Shown in pieces: positions 30,835 through 43,174 of a stretch of 64,000 bases of DNA. The translations under genes were made by a program, and so were the position numbers. The notes below the pieces were generated by a model that was not told the origin of the DNA, ran no database searches, and saw only the letters and a list, made by a program, of their open reading frames with translations. The first letter of the stretch is position 1. Each line of letters begins with the position of its first letter. The stretch is from Macrostomum lignano (lineage: Eukaryota), in assembly GCA_002269645.1 (NCBI GenBank), contig NIVC01000722.1, positions 124,001-188,000 of the forward strand, in the 5' to 3' direction.

Positions 30835-31975
30835 AACTGTCTATGACCCAACTTTTCTATGACCCAAACTGTCTATTACCCAAGTCTGTGACCCAAACTG
30901 TCTATGACCCAAACTGTTTGTGACCCAAACTGTCTATGACCCAAACTGTCTATGACCCAAACTGTCTATGACCCAAACTGTATATGACCCAAACTGTCTA
31001 TGATCCAAACTATCTATGATCCAAACTGTCTATGACCCAAACTGTCTATGACCCAAACTGTCTATGACCCAAACTGTCTATGACCCAAACTGTCTATTAC
31101 CCAAGTCTGTGACCCAAACTGTCTATGACCCAAACTGTTTGTGACCCAAACTGTCTGTGACCAAAACTGTTTATGACCAAAACTGTCTGTGATCCAAACT
31201 GTCTATGACCCAAACTGTCTATGACCAAAACTGTCTGTGACCAAAACTGTCTATGACCAAAACTGTCTGTGATCCAAACTGTCTATGACCCAAACTGTCT
31301 ATGACCCAAACTGTCTATTACCCAAGTCTGTGACCCAAACTGTCTATGACCCAAACTGTTTGTGACCCAAACTGTCTGTGACCAAAACTGTCTGTGACCA
31401 AAACTGTTTATGACCAAAACTGTCTGTGATCCAAACTGTCTATGACCCAAACTGTCTATGACCAAAACTGTCTGTGACCAAAACTGTCTATGACCAAAAC
31501 TGTCTGTGATCCAAACTGTCTATGACCCAAACTGTCTATGACCCAAACTGTCTATTACCCAAGTCTGTGACCCAAACTGTCTATGACCCAAACTGTTTGT
31601 GACCCAAACTGTCTGTGACCAAAACTGTCTGTGACCAAAACTGTCTATGACCAAAACTGTCTGTGATCCAAACTGTCTATGACCCAAACTGTCTATGACC
31701 CAAACTGTCTATGACCCAAACTGTCTGTGACCAAAACTGTCTATGACCAAAACTGTCTGTGATCCAAACTGTCTATGACCCAAACTGTCTATGACCAAAA
31801 CTGTCTGTGATCCAAACTGTCTATGACCCAAACTGTCTATGACCCAAACTGTCTATGACCCAAACTGTCTATGACCCAAACTGTCTATGACCCAAACTGT
31901 CTATGACCAATCCAAACTGTCCGTAGTCTATGACCCAACCAAAGTGTCCATGTGGTCAACCAAACTGTTTATGAC
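30835..31975. repeat. 16-bp minisatellite (CCAAACTGTCTATGAC)n
   Basis: About 70 copies. Confidence 0.96.
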
Positions 31976-32489
31976 CAATAGAGTATATACAAAATGAATT
32001 TTGGATTCTCTTTGTTCAAATTGAATGCCATCTTGTAAATGTAATGACAGTATGAGTCAAAAAATGTTTTCCTTAAAACTGGATGAGGACATGTTTAGAC
32101 TTGCGTAAATTTTGCGTGCGTTCGGATTCGGAGCATTCAACATGGCCCTGTGGCAGTCTGGGGCTCAGTTAGGCAATTTCATGTAAGGGATTGCGCAATT
32201 CCAATGGCTACAGCTGGATGAGCAGAGATAAACGAGGGCGAGTCATGGTCAGAGTGGATTTGGAGTGTTGACCGAATTTCGATGTAAAACAAAGAGCCCA
32301 GCTAAACTCGATTTACAGTAAAGTTTAAAAACCAATATTGCTTCTACATCTAATTCGTGTCAGGTGAAGAAAGCATGCAGTTTCACTTCACGCGAGACCC
32401 TTTGAAGTGGTGAAAGAAGTCAGACAGCGCCTTAGGGTGACTAAATACGGTGTAATACTGTGTATGGTTGCCCTTGGGCTGTTTGACTA

Positions 32490-33000
32490 ACCACCTTCTC
32501 CTGACTCTCCCTGTGTCTGTCTGTGTCAGCTTCTCCTGAGTCTCCCCTGTCTCTGTCTGTGTCAGCTTCCCCTGACTCTCCCTGTGTCTGTCTGTGTCAG
32601 CTTCTCCTGACTCTCCCCTTGTCTCTGTCTGTGTCAGCTTCTCCTGAGTCTCCCCTGTCTCTGTCTGTGTCAGCTTCCCCTGACTCTCCCTGTGTCTGTC
32701 TGTGTCAGCTTCTCCTGACTCTCCCCTTGTCTCTGTCTGTGTCAGCTTCTACTGACTCTCCCCTGTCTCTGTCTGTATCAGCTTCTCCTGACTCTCCGTT
32801 GTCTCTGTCTGTATCAGCTTCTCCTGACTCTCCGTTGTCTCTGTCTGTATCAGCTTCTCCTGACTCTCCGTTGTCTCTGTCTGTATCAGCTTCTCCTGAC
32901 TCTCCGTTGTCTCTGTCTGTGTCAGCTTCTCCTGACTCTCCCTGGTCTCTGTCTGTGTCAGCTTCTCCTGACTCTCCCTGTCTCTGTCTGTGTCAGCTTT
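32490..33000. repeat. 36-bp minisatellite (CTCTGTCTGTGTCAGCTTCTCCTGACTCTCCCCTGT)n
   Basis: About 14 copies. Confidence 0.93.
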
Positions 33001-33482
33001 TAAATCATTTTCCCTTTTCACTTTTCACCTTTTTTCTCTTATCCTTGTCACAATCTGAATCCACAGATTCCACAGCATCTTGTTCAGGGCTCGTAAATTC
33101 TTGGGGGAATCGCTCTAAACTGTCTAATAACTGTTCTCGTTTGTTTTTTCCCCTTTCTCGGGTTCGAAACTCGATATCGAACTCGTAGGAGGCGCCACCC
33201 GCTAAATGCAGGAACCAGGAAGCAATTGCAGAGTTGGGTTGCAGAGAGCTTTCAGTTACGGCTGGTAGAGAGAGAGCTCGGTTGGACCCTGTCCCGGATA
33301 ACGGACTCCTCCACCTTGTAATTCAATATTTCCAAATTATCACAAATAAAAATCGACTGTCAGATAGTGATGAATAATAAAGTACTTCAAGTGAGCCGAG
33401 CGCCAAGTTTCTTTTTTTGTATACGAGCAGCAAGCTTTGCTCTTGATCTTCAACTAAGCCAAGATAAATTTTCGAAGGACTG

Positions 33483-33483
33483 A

Positions 33484-33528
<45 letters not shown>
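33483..33528. repeat. (GGC)n trinucleotide tract
   Basis: About 15 units. Confidence 0.95.
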
Positions 33529-33807
33529 AGGGGCGGGGGTGGGTGCATGGCCTGCAATTTCATACGTCCTTCATCAAAGTGAACTCTATCCAGTTGTAAC
33601 TTATTGCAACAGAAGCAGATTTTTAGCATGGGAATAAAAAAAGCTGGAACGCAGAACTGCTTGCTGAGTCAGTGACCGGTGGCCTTACCCGTAAAAAACC
33701 CTATATATTCTTGAAATGCCTTTGTGTCCCTCACTCGTTTCCGCCCACCTTGTCTTTTCTCGGGAATTTTTGCTACATTTAATTTTACTGGTTTCTATGT
33801 TTTTCAG

Positions 33808-35260
33808 GAAGGGCGGATATCGGTGGGATCTGGTGGGAAGGGGCGGATATCGTGGGAGCGGGTAGGAAGGGGCGGATATCGGTGGGAGCGGGTAGGAAGG
33901 GGCGGATATCGGTTGGAGCGGGTGGGAAGGGGCGGATATCGTGGGAGCGGGTAGGAAGGGGTGGATATCGGTGGGATCTGGTGGGAAGGGGCGGATATCG
34001 GTGGGATCTGGTGGGAAGGGGCGGATATCGGTGGGAGCGGGTAGGAAGGGGCGGGTATCGGTGGGAGCGGGTGTGAATGGGGCGGATATCGGTGGGATCT
34101 GGTGGGAAGGGGCGGGTATCGGTGGGAGTGAGTGTGAAGGGGCGGATATCGGTGGGAGCGGGTGTGAAGGGGCGGATATCGGTGGGAGTGAGTGTGAAGG
34201 GGCGGATATCGGTGTGGGAGCGGGTGGTAAGGGGGCGGATATCGGTGGGAGCGGGTGTGAAGGGGCGGATACCGGTGTGGGAGCGGGTGGTAAGGGGTGG
34301 ATATCGGTGGGAGCGGGTAGGAAGGGGCGGATATCGGTGGGAGCGGGTGTGAAGGGGCGGATATCGGTGGGAGTGAGTGTGAAGGGGCGGATATCGGTGT
34401 GGAAGCGGATGTGAAGGGGGCGGATATCGGTGTGGGAGCGGGTGGTAAGGGGCGGATATCGGTGATAGCTGGTGAGAAGGGGCGGATATCGGTGTGGAAG
34501 TGGGTGTGAATGGGGCGGATATCGGTGGGAGCGGATGTGAATGGGGCGGATATCGCTGGAAGAGTGGCTACGAAGGGGCGGATATCGGTGGGGGAGTGGG
34601 TAGGAAGGGGCGGATATCGGTGTGGGAGCGGGTGGTAAGGGGCGGATATCGGTGATAGCTGGTGAGAAGGGGCGGATATCGGTGTGGAAGTGGGTGTGAA
34701 TGGGGCGGATATCGGTGGGAGCGGATGTGAATGGGGCGGATATCGCTGGAAGAGTGGGTACGAAGGGGCGGATATCGGTGTGGGAGCGGGTGGTAAGGGG
34801 CGGACATCGGTGGGAGCGGGTGTGAAGGGGCGGATATCGGTGGGAGTGAGTGTGAAGGGGCGGATATCGGTGGGAGTGAGTGTGAAGGGGCGGATATCGG
34901 TGTGGAAGCGGATGTGAAGGGGGCGGATATCGGTGTGGGAGCGGGTGGTAAGGGGCGGATATCGGTGGGAGCGGGTAGGAAGGGGCGGATATCGGTGTGG
35001 GAGCAGGTGGGAAGGGGCGGATATCGGTGATAGCTGGTGAGAAGGGGCGGATATCGGTGTGGAAGTGGGTGTGAATGGGGCGGATATCGGTGGGAGCGGA
35101 TGTGAATGGGGCGGATATCGCTGGAAGAGTGGGTACGAAGGGGCGGATATCGGTGGGGGAGTGGGTAGGAAGGGGCGGATATCGGTGGGTGAGCGGGTAG
35201 GAAGGGCGGATATCGGTGGCGGAATCGGTAGGAAGGGGCGGATATCGGTTGGAGCGGATG
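33808..35260. repeat. ~30-bp G-rich minisatellite (AAGGGGCGGATATCGGTGGGAGCGGGTGTG)n
   Basis: About 45 variant copies. Confidence 0.95.
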
Positions 35261-35764
35261 GAACCAAGAGTTCACTGCTTAATCCAGGTGGGCCACAAAA
35301 CAAAGAAATGCTAATTCGCAAACCGAGTTATTAAAACTTGACTTCGTGACCCAAGTTGTTCAATTATTCCTATTGTCATTTTCACACATTTTCCACTTTG
35401 CTCAGTATTGCTGGATGCGCTAAAAATGCCCTCGAGCTTCACAGTTTGTCAACAAATAAATTCGAAAATGGAATCCCCGTTGCCAGGCTAGAGGGTGCCA
35501 ACCCGAATGTTTTGACTCAACGGGCCCAGCGCTTATTAATCCAGTTATGGAACAAAAGCATGGGATTATAGAAGTATCTGAGACATATTGGCTGGTCCTG
35601 ACTCCTCGTATAAACTCGTCCGGCCGTTGCCAGGCGCATCATTTTCGAGTAAAGGTGACTGGATGACTAATTAGATAAGGCCCATTGTTTCTCTAAGTTG
35701 GATTACGAGTTAAAAAACATAATTTTCATAATTTCAATGTAAATATTTATTACGACATGAAAGG

Positions 35765-36565
35765 AAGAGAAGAGAGGAGAGAGGAACGAGGAGATCAGAG
35801 AGGAGAGGAGAGAGGAGAAAAGAGAGAAGAGGAGAGGAGAGGAGAGGAGAGGAGAGGAGAGGAGAGGAGAGGAGAGGAGAGGAGAGGAGAGGAGAGGAGA
35901 GGAGAGGAGAGGAGAGGAGAGGAGAGGAGAGGAGAGGAGAGGAGAGGAGAGGAGAGGAGAGGAGAGGAGAGGAGAGGAGAGGAGAGGAGAGGAGAGGAGA
36001 GGAGAGGAGAGGAGAGGAGAGGAGAGGAGAGGAGAGGAGAGGAGAGGAGAGGAGAGGAGAGGAGAGGAGAGGAGAGGAGAGGAGAGAGGAGAGGAGAGGA
36101 GAGGAGAGGAGAGGAGAGGAGAGGAGAGGAGAGGAGAGGAGAGGAGAGGAGAGGAGAGGAGAGGAGAGGAGAGGAGAGGAGAGGAGAGGAGAGGAGAGGA
36201 GAGGAGAGGAGAGGAGAGGAGAGGAGAGGAGAGGAGAGGAGAGGAGAGGAGAGGAGAGGAGAGGAGAGGAGAGAGAGAGGAGAGGAGAGGAGAGGAGAGG
36301 AGAGGAGAGGAGAGGAGAGGAGAGGAGAGGAGAGGAGAGGAGAGGAGAGGAGAGGAGAGGAGAGGAGAGGAGAGGAGAGGAGAGGAGAGAGGATAGGAGA
36401 GGAGAGGAGAGGAGAGGAGAGGAGAGGAGAGGAGAGGAGAGGATGGAGCAGAGGGGAGAGAAGAAGGGAGAAGAGAGGAGAGGATGGATCAGAGGGGAGA
36501 GAAGAAGGGAGAAGAGAGGAGAGGATGGATCAGAGGGGAGAGAAGAAGGGAGATATAGAGAGAAG
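35765..36565. repeat. (GGAGA)n polypurine tract
   Basis: About 130 pentamers; source of the spurious EERRG ORF. Confidence 0.98.
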
Positions 36566-37087
36566 AGAGCTGAGAAGTGACAACGCGGGTTTGCTATTGC
36601 GAAGTTTCAAAGGCCAGAGCTTGCAGACCCCAAATTGAGTTGAATTCAGTGGCCTGGGGTGTGGGTGTGTTCGCTCGCAAAAAGACCAATACATACAAAC
36701 TAAAACTCTGAATGCTTCATGTAGAATATCTCCTCTCTCTTAGGTTGATAGAATGCACAATTGCATAAGTTGGCACACAATAAAACACAAAATGTCCACA
36801 CTAAAAAAACTTGACTTAGCATTAATACAGAACAAAGACTTGCATATCATATATTTATAGAATATTACTATAGATTAGGCATGCAATCACCCGTGAGAGA
36901 TACGACCCCCGGGTGAAGTGGCTGGGAACTGGGACCTCGGACTTCTGGGGGCCGACAAAAGCTTTGACCTGTCCCGTCTGAGGGATGACGGAGCTGAGAG
37001 AGAGGAAAACAGGAAAGGTGGGGAAACTGACTGTCATGGACTGCCAACAAGGTTACGCTTTCCTCTGGACTGGAGGCGAACCTTTTT

Positions 37088-37376
37088 AGCACCCGAATTG
37101 GCGCCCCTCAGCACCCGAATTGGCGCCCCTCAGCACCCGAATTGGCGCCCCTCAGCACCCGAATTGGCGCCCCTCAGCACCCGAATTGGCGCCCCTCAGC
37201 ACCCGAATTGGCGCCCCTCAGCACCCGAATTGGCGCCCCTCAGCACCCGAATTGGCGCCCCTCAGCACCCGAATTGGCGCCCCTCAGCACCCGAATTGGC
37301 GCCCCTCAGCAACCGAATTGGCGCCCCTCAGCACCCGAATTGGCGCCCCTCAGCACCCGAATTGGCGCCCCTCAGC
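37088..37376. repeat. 22-bp minisatellite (AGCACCCGAATTGGCGCCCCTC)n
   Basis: 13 near-perfect copies. Confidence 0.97.
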
Positions 37377-37789
37377 TTGAATTTACTTGAATTTGTTTAA
37401 GTTCTGCAATGCGTCGTAAATTAAATTTGCCAGTCCTTATCTCCAGTCCGGCTTTGCTTAACGCTTTTAGCAGTCCATGGATTGACTGCGAGAGCTCTCT
37501 GAGAACGATCGATATCTTGTACGTACGTCCGCGTATGGCGCCACTTTCTGTCATTTCCTATGAGTTATGAGTGCTCGGTGCTTTCTCAGTTCTCCGCGCC
37601 AACATCTGGAAAATCTGGAAATTTCTTACCGTTAAATTAAAATAACTAAATGAAGCAAATCTTTTGAAGAGGCCGAATTTGTGTAAATTTTCTTACAAGC
37701 CACTGGCTTCTCTGGTTGGAGTTGGGGGGTTTTAAAAAGTTTGAAAGATCTGACGATGATATCAAACATAATCCATTTTGTGCTTTCAA

Positions 37790-38428
37790 GTGCGCGCTTA
37801 TGCCAGTTTGCGCTTATTTCAGTTTGTGCTTATGCCAGTTTGCGCTTATCCCAGTTTGCGCTTATCCCAGTTTGCGCTTATCCCAGTTTGCGCTAATGCC
37901 AGTTTGCGCTTATGCCAGTTTGCGCTTATGCCAGTTTGCGCTTATGCCAGTTTACGCATATGCCAGTTTGCGCTTATCCCAGTTTGCGCTTATGCCAGTT
38001 TGCGCTTATCCCAGTTTGCGCTTATGTCAGTTTGCGCTTATCCTAGTTTGTGCTTATGCCAGTTTGCGCTTATGCCAGTTTGCGCTTATCCCAGTTTGCG
38101 CTTATGCCAGTTTGCGCTTATCCCAGTTTGCGCTTATCCCAGTTTACGCATATGCCAGTTTGCGCTTATCCCAGTTTGCGCTTATCCCAGTTTGCGCTTA
38201 TGCCAGTTTGCACTTATCCCAGTTTGCGCTTATGCCAGTTTGCGCTTATCCCAGTTTGCGCTTATGCCAGTTTGCGCTTATCCCAGTTTGCGCTTATCCC
38301 AGTTTGCGCTTATCCCAGTTTGCGCTTATGCCAGTTTGCGCTTATGCCAGTTTACGCTTATGCCAGTTTGGGCTTATGCAGGTTTGGGCTTATGCCAGTT
38401 TGGGCTTATTCCAGTTTGCGCTTATGCC
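37790..38428. repeat. 16-bp minisatellite (GCCAGTTTGCGCTTAT)n
   Basis: About 40 copies. Confidence 0.96.
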
Positions 38429-38944
38429 GCTGAACCGAACGAAAATAATTTATCCACAGCTGCATGGGAAGGAATGCCAAACTGCTGGCTTACAATATGA
38501 ACTACATCTATATGGTTTATAGTTTATACAATTTAAACAAACTCTTATTCAAGACAAGCGAAGCTAAGAAATCTATTTTAGTTCAAACATGAGTTACACC
38601 AGCTGCGGATAATGATGAACATTTGATGAAGTTAAGTTAAGAAAGGAGTCTGATGAGCTAGTGGCGGCTGTCAAAGTTGACAATCCAACTCATTTGACAA
38701 CTGCCATCGCACCTGGTGTGTGAACTTTGTCAAGAAATTTGTCATCAGTCGCATTTTATGGCATTTTTGTGGAACGCTACTTCATTCATACATTTGTTCG
38801 CTTAGCATATCTTTGAAACAGTCACTTATTTGGAGAATTTCACTGGGGAATCAGGTCGCAATTGTAAGTTCAATAGAATAGAAAGCGCATTTGTAGTAGC
38901 ATTCTGGTACTGGAGGGGGGTCCTGACTAATTTGGGAGACCAGG

Positions 38945-40800
38945 TCATGAGGGTCCTTCAACCTCAGATCTTGGGTCATTCAGCATCAGATCATGGGGTC
39001 ATTCAGCCTCAGATCATGGGTCATTCAGCCTCAGATCATGGGGTCATTCAGCCTCAGATCATGGGGTCATTCAGCCTCAGATCATGGGTCATTCAGCCTC
39101 AGATCATGGGGTCATTCAGCCTCAGATCATGGGTCATTGAACCTCAGATCATGGGGTCATTCAGCCTCAGATCATGGGGTCATTCAGCTTCAGATCATGG
39201 GGTCATTCAGCCTCAGATGATGGGGTCATTCAGGCTAAGATCATGGGGTCATTCAGCCTCAGATCATGGGGTCATTCAGCCTCAGATCATGGGGTCATTC
39301 AGCCTTAGATCATAGATCATTCAGCCACAGTTCATGGGTCATTCAGCCTCAGATGATGGGGTCATTCAGCCTCAGATCATGGGTCATTCAGCCTCAGATC
39401 ATGGGGTCATTCAGCCTCAGATCATGGGGTCATTCAGCCTCAGATCATGGGTCATTCAGCCTCAGATCATGGGGTCATTCAGCCTCAGATCATGGCTCAT
39501 TCAGCTTCAGATCATGGGGTCATTCAGCCTCAGATGATGGGGTCATTCAGGCTAAGATCATGGGGTCATTCAGCCTCAGATCATGGGGTCATTCAGCCTC
39601 AGATCATGGGGTCATTCAGCCTTAGATCATAGATCATTCAGCCACAGTTCATGGGTCATTCAGCCTCAGATGATGGGGTCATTCAGCCTCAGATCATGGG
39701 TCATTCAGCCTCAGATCATGGGGTCATTCAGCCTCAGATCATGGGGTCATTCAGCCTCAGATCATGGGTCATTCAGCCTCAGATCATGGGGTCATTCAGC
39801 CTCAGATCATGGGTCATTCAGCCTCAGATCATGGGTCATTCAGCCTCAGATCATGGGTCATTCAGCCTCAGATCATGGGTCATTCAACCTCAGATCATGG
39901 GGTCATTCAGCCTCAGATCATAGGTCATTCAACCTCAGATCATGGGGTCATTCAGCCTCAGATCATGGAGTCATTCAACCTCAGATCATGGGTCATTCAG
40001 CCTCAGATGATGGGGTCATTCAACCTCAGATCATGGCTCATTCAGCCTCAGATCATGGGGTCATTCAGCCTCAGATCATGGGGTCATTCAGCCTCAGATC
40101 ATGGGGTCATTCAGCCTCAGATCATGGGGTCATTCAGCCTCAGATCATGGCTCATTCAACCTCAGATCATGGGTCATTCAGCCTCAGATCATGGGTCATT
40201 CAGCCTCAGATCATGGGTCATTCAACCTCAGATCATGGGTCATTCAGCCTCAGATCATGGGGTCATTCAACCTCAGATCATGGCTCATTCAGCCTCAGAT
40301 CATGGGGTCATTCAGCCTCAGATCATGGAGTCATTCAACCTCAGATCATGGGTCATTCAACCTCAGATCATGGAGTCATTCAACCTCAGATCATGGGTCA
40401 TTCAACCTCAGATCATGGGGTCATTCAGCCTCAGATCATGGGGTCATTCAGCCTCAGATCATGGAGTCATTCAACCTCAGATCATGGGTCATTCAACCTC
40501 AGATCATGGAGTCATTCAACCTCAGATCATGGGGTCATTCAGCTTCAGATCATGGGGTCATTCAACCTCAGATCATGGGGTCATTCAGCCTCAGATCATG
40601 GGGTCATTCAACCTCAGATCATGGGTCATTCAGCCTCAGATCAGATCATGGGATCATTCAGCCTCAGATCATGGAGTCATTCAACCTCAGATCATGGGTC
40701 ATTCAACCTCAGATCATGGAGTCATTCAACCTCAGATCATGGGGTCATTCAGCTTCAGATCATGGGTCATTCGGCCTCGGATCATGGGGTCATTCAGCCG
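38945..40800. repeat. 23/24-bp minisatellite (GGTCATTCAGCCTCAGATCATG[G])n
   Basis: About 78 copies. Confidence 0.97.
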
Positions 40801-41079
40801 GTAGACTGGACTAAAAGAACCGAGGCAATTTCCGTTAGAACTCAAACCAATTCACATTAAAATAGTTAAGTTTGAAACCGGATCTTGCACAATCCCACTT
40901 GAGCCACGGGGATCACACAATTAGAGTTAATGTAATCATTATCAGAGGATGCCACGCCCTTGGCATGAGCAATCAGCTGATTCAATGCTCAGAGGACACG
41001 GCCGAGTGACCTCCAATTGCTCAGCAACTTGGCCTAGGAGAAGTTCTATTCCAATAATTGTTTAGAACCGGTCTCTCAG

Positions 41080-41394
41080 CGGAAATAGGGGAACCCAATT
41101 GGGTGGGCAGCCGCCCCCCCCCCATCAAACTCCACACAGCAACCCAATGAGGCAGCCGGGCAGTCACGAGGCGGAGGCGTGCCGCAGTGCCGCCATGCAG
41201 TTCCGCTCGAGGTCCCGTGCCGAGCCGAGCGCAGACCATTGGTCGCGAGCCGGCCCGGCGGGGAGGCGGCTGGCGGCGGGCGGCAGCTTATAACCCCGGA
41301 GGCCGCCCCGCGCTCCATCAAGAAGCCTCGATTCTGCTTCCTTATTTCCTCAAGTTAAGCATCAAGTCAAGTATTACCTACCCGACATAGGAGC
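41080..41394 (+). promoter_or_regulatory. GC-rich putative promoter of the HES-like gene
   Basis: CpG-rich stretch with a TATA-like TTATAA at 41288-41293 and an N-box CACGAG at 41165-41170. Confidence 0.45.
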
Positions 41395-41856
41395 ATGGAG
41401 CAGAGACGACTCAGCAAGCAGGTGATGGAGCGACAGAGACGGGCCAGGATCAATGCCAGCTTGAACAGGCTCAAGGAGCTGCTGCAGTTGAACAGGCGGG
41501 TGGACCCCGACCGGCTGCAGCGGCTGGAGAAGGCCGACATCCTTGAGCTGACTGTCGCCCTGTTGCAGCAGAGGAATCCGCAGCAGCAGCAGCAGCTGGG
41601 ATACTCGATGACGATGCCGGCCTCCAGCACTTCGACCGCCGCCGCCACCGCCGCCGCCGCCGCCACCACTGTCAAGCCGAAGAAGTCTTTGTCCTCGACA
41701 TCGTCGACAGTGGACTCCGGCTCCGACGAGGACTCCTGGCAGTCGGGAGGCGCCGTCTTCAACTCGAGGCTCGAGCAGCAGCAGCAGCAGCGACATCCTC
41801 TTGCGTCGCTAGAGAACCACCAGCCAACGGATCAGACAGTCTGGCGTCCTTGGTAA
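41395..41856 (+). CDS. Hairy/Enhancer-of-split (HES) family bHLH repressor, 153 aa, intronless, C-terminal WRPW
   Basis: MERQRRARINASLNRLKELL...LEKADILELTVALL bHLH; terminal WRPW* Groucho/TLE-binding motif. Confidence 0.92.
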   Translation: MEQRRLSKQVMERQRRARINASLNRLKELLQLNRRVDPDRLQRLEKADILELTVALLQQRNPQQQQQLGYSMTMPASSTSTAAATAAAAATTVKPKKSLSSTSSTVDSGSDEDSWQSGGAVFNSRLEQQQQQRHPLASLENHQPTDQTVWRPW

Positions 41857-43174
41857 CGCCATGGCAACCGAGCGATGAAGGACTTAGCAGAAAATCAAAA
41901 ACTTTTATATCCGAATGCTTCGTTCGGGTTTCCACCTGACTTCTTCAATCTTTCAATACCAATAAGCCGTGCCTTTGCAGCCAGCCCTCTCGCATAAAAT
42001 GGTGTTCCAGCACGTTTGAATTCAATAAATTTGTGCAGCCTGTAGTGTTATGGTAGCTTTTAATCACTTGATTTATGATCAGTGCAATGCAATATCATGC
42101 AATATTCAATATATACAATATATTTTACTTATTTGTGCAAATCTAATATGCAGTTGATGCAGTTAATGCTATATGCGCCTTGTCATACTCAATCTTATAA
42201 TATAGCGCAAAAATATACTATTATTAATATTTTCAAATTATTCTTTCAATCAATAAATACTATAAATCCATTAATTTTCATATTTATTTCATTAATATGT
42301 TTGAAATGGTTAAATAGACGTTAGACCATTACGAAATAAATCATATCACACTGTTGTAGCTTTCACAAAACTTATGCATACATTTTTAACGTTGCACTAC
42401 TCAATGCAATATTCAGTAGTATATCACAGCTGTTTTGGCCATGCTATTGCAATGATTCAATAAAAATATACTAATTACACACTATAAATTGAAGTGCAAA
42501 ATTTCAAACGATGTTAGAAAAATCTTCATTAACTCATTTTAAATCTTACCTGGCTATTTTTGTTCAAGCATCCATTCAGCTGATAGTTGCCATGGCGTTG
42601 CCACGGTCTAAGCTGATCTTTATATCCATGTAGTGATGACGCAAGCATTGAAATCGTTATCCTATTTCACACCTGGATCGATTTTTTGACCCACGCGCGA
42701 GCCAGGTGGGATAAGTAAGTTGAGGAGACGGGAGGGGGCTTAAGCCAACCAGCCATGAAAACCCCTGCGGTGGCCGGCACTGGACACGAGCGAGAGAGCG
42801 AGAGAGGGCCTAATTTCACACCTTGCTAAGCTCGTAAGAGTCAATTGTTGCGAGGGCCAGAGGCTTATGGAGTGAGAATCTCTTTAGCGCTGGGTTCATC
42901 TTAATATGGCATGCCTAACAATAGCATTTGGTTTTTGCATTGTCGCCAGGGCAATGGTCTCACTGTCTGTACTGCGGCTCAATGGGCCGCTTTGTCGTTT
43001 ATTGCGCAATCTTTATCTAATCTGATTAGCCAGGCGAATCGTTTGAAGCTTTGTAAGGCAAGAAGACCAGCTACGATTTCGATCTGGCTTTTAAACGCTT
43101 TTTTTTGAAAGTTTAAAAAGTTCTGATGAATCAAATTTACAGTGCGCATGTATGTTGCTATGCCAGACTTGATA

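Noticed and set aside
38605-38760. Hammerhead ribozyme or C/D snoRNA (CTGATGAG at 38650; hairpin 38663-38705; TGATGA at ~38614)
   Set aside because: The hairpin is real, but no GAAA follows a stem II and no cleavage triplet stem is present. The C-to-D box spacing is too short for a snoRNA.
33804-40860. Long repetitive ORFs (HRYPP, EERRG, FALMPV, SDHGVIQPQ)
   Set aside because: All coincide exactly with tandem arrays and lack splice or codon evidence.
41855-42610. RFX X-box sites (CCATGGCAAC at ~41860; GTTGCCATGGC at ~42588)
   Set aside because: Only half-sites match, and they lie 3' of both neighbouring genes.
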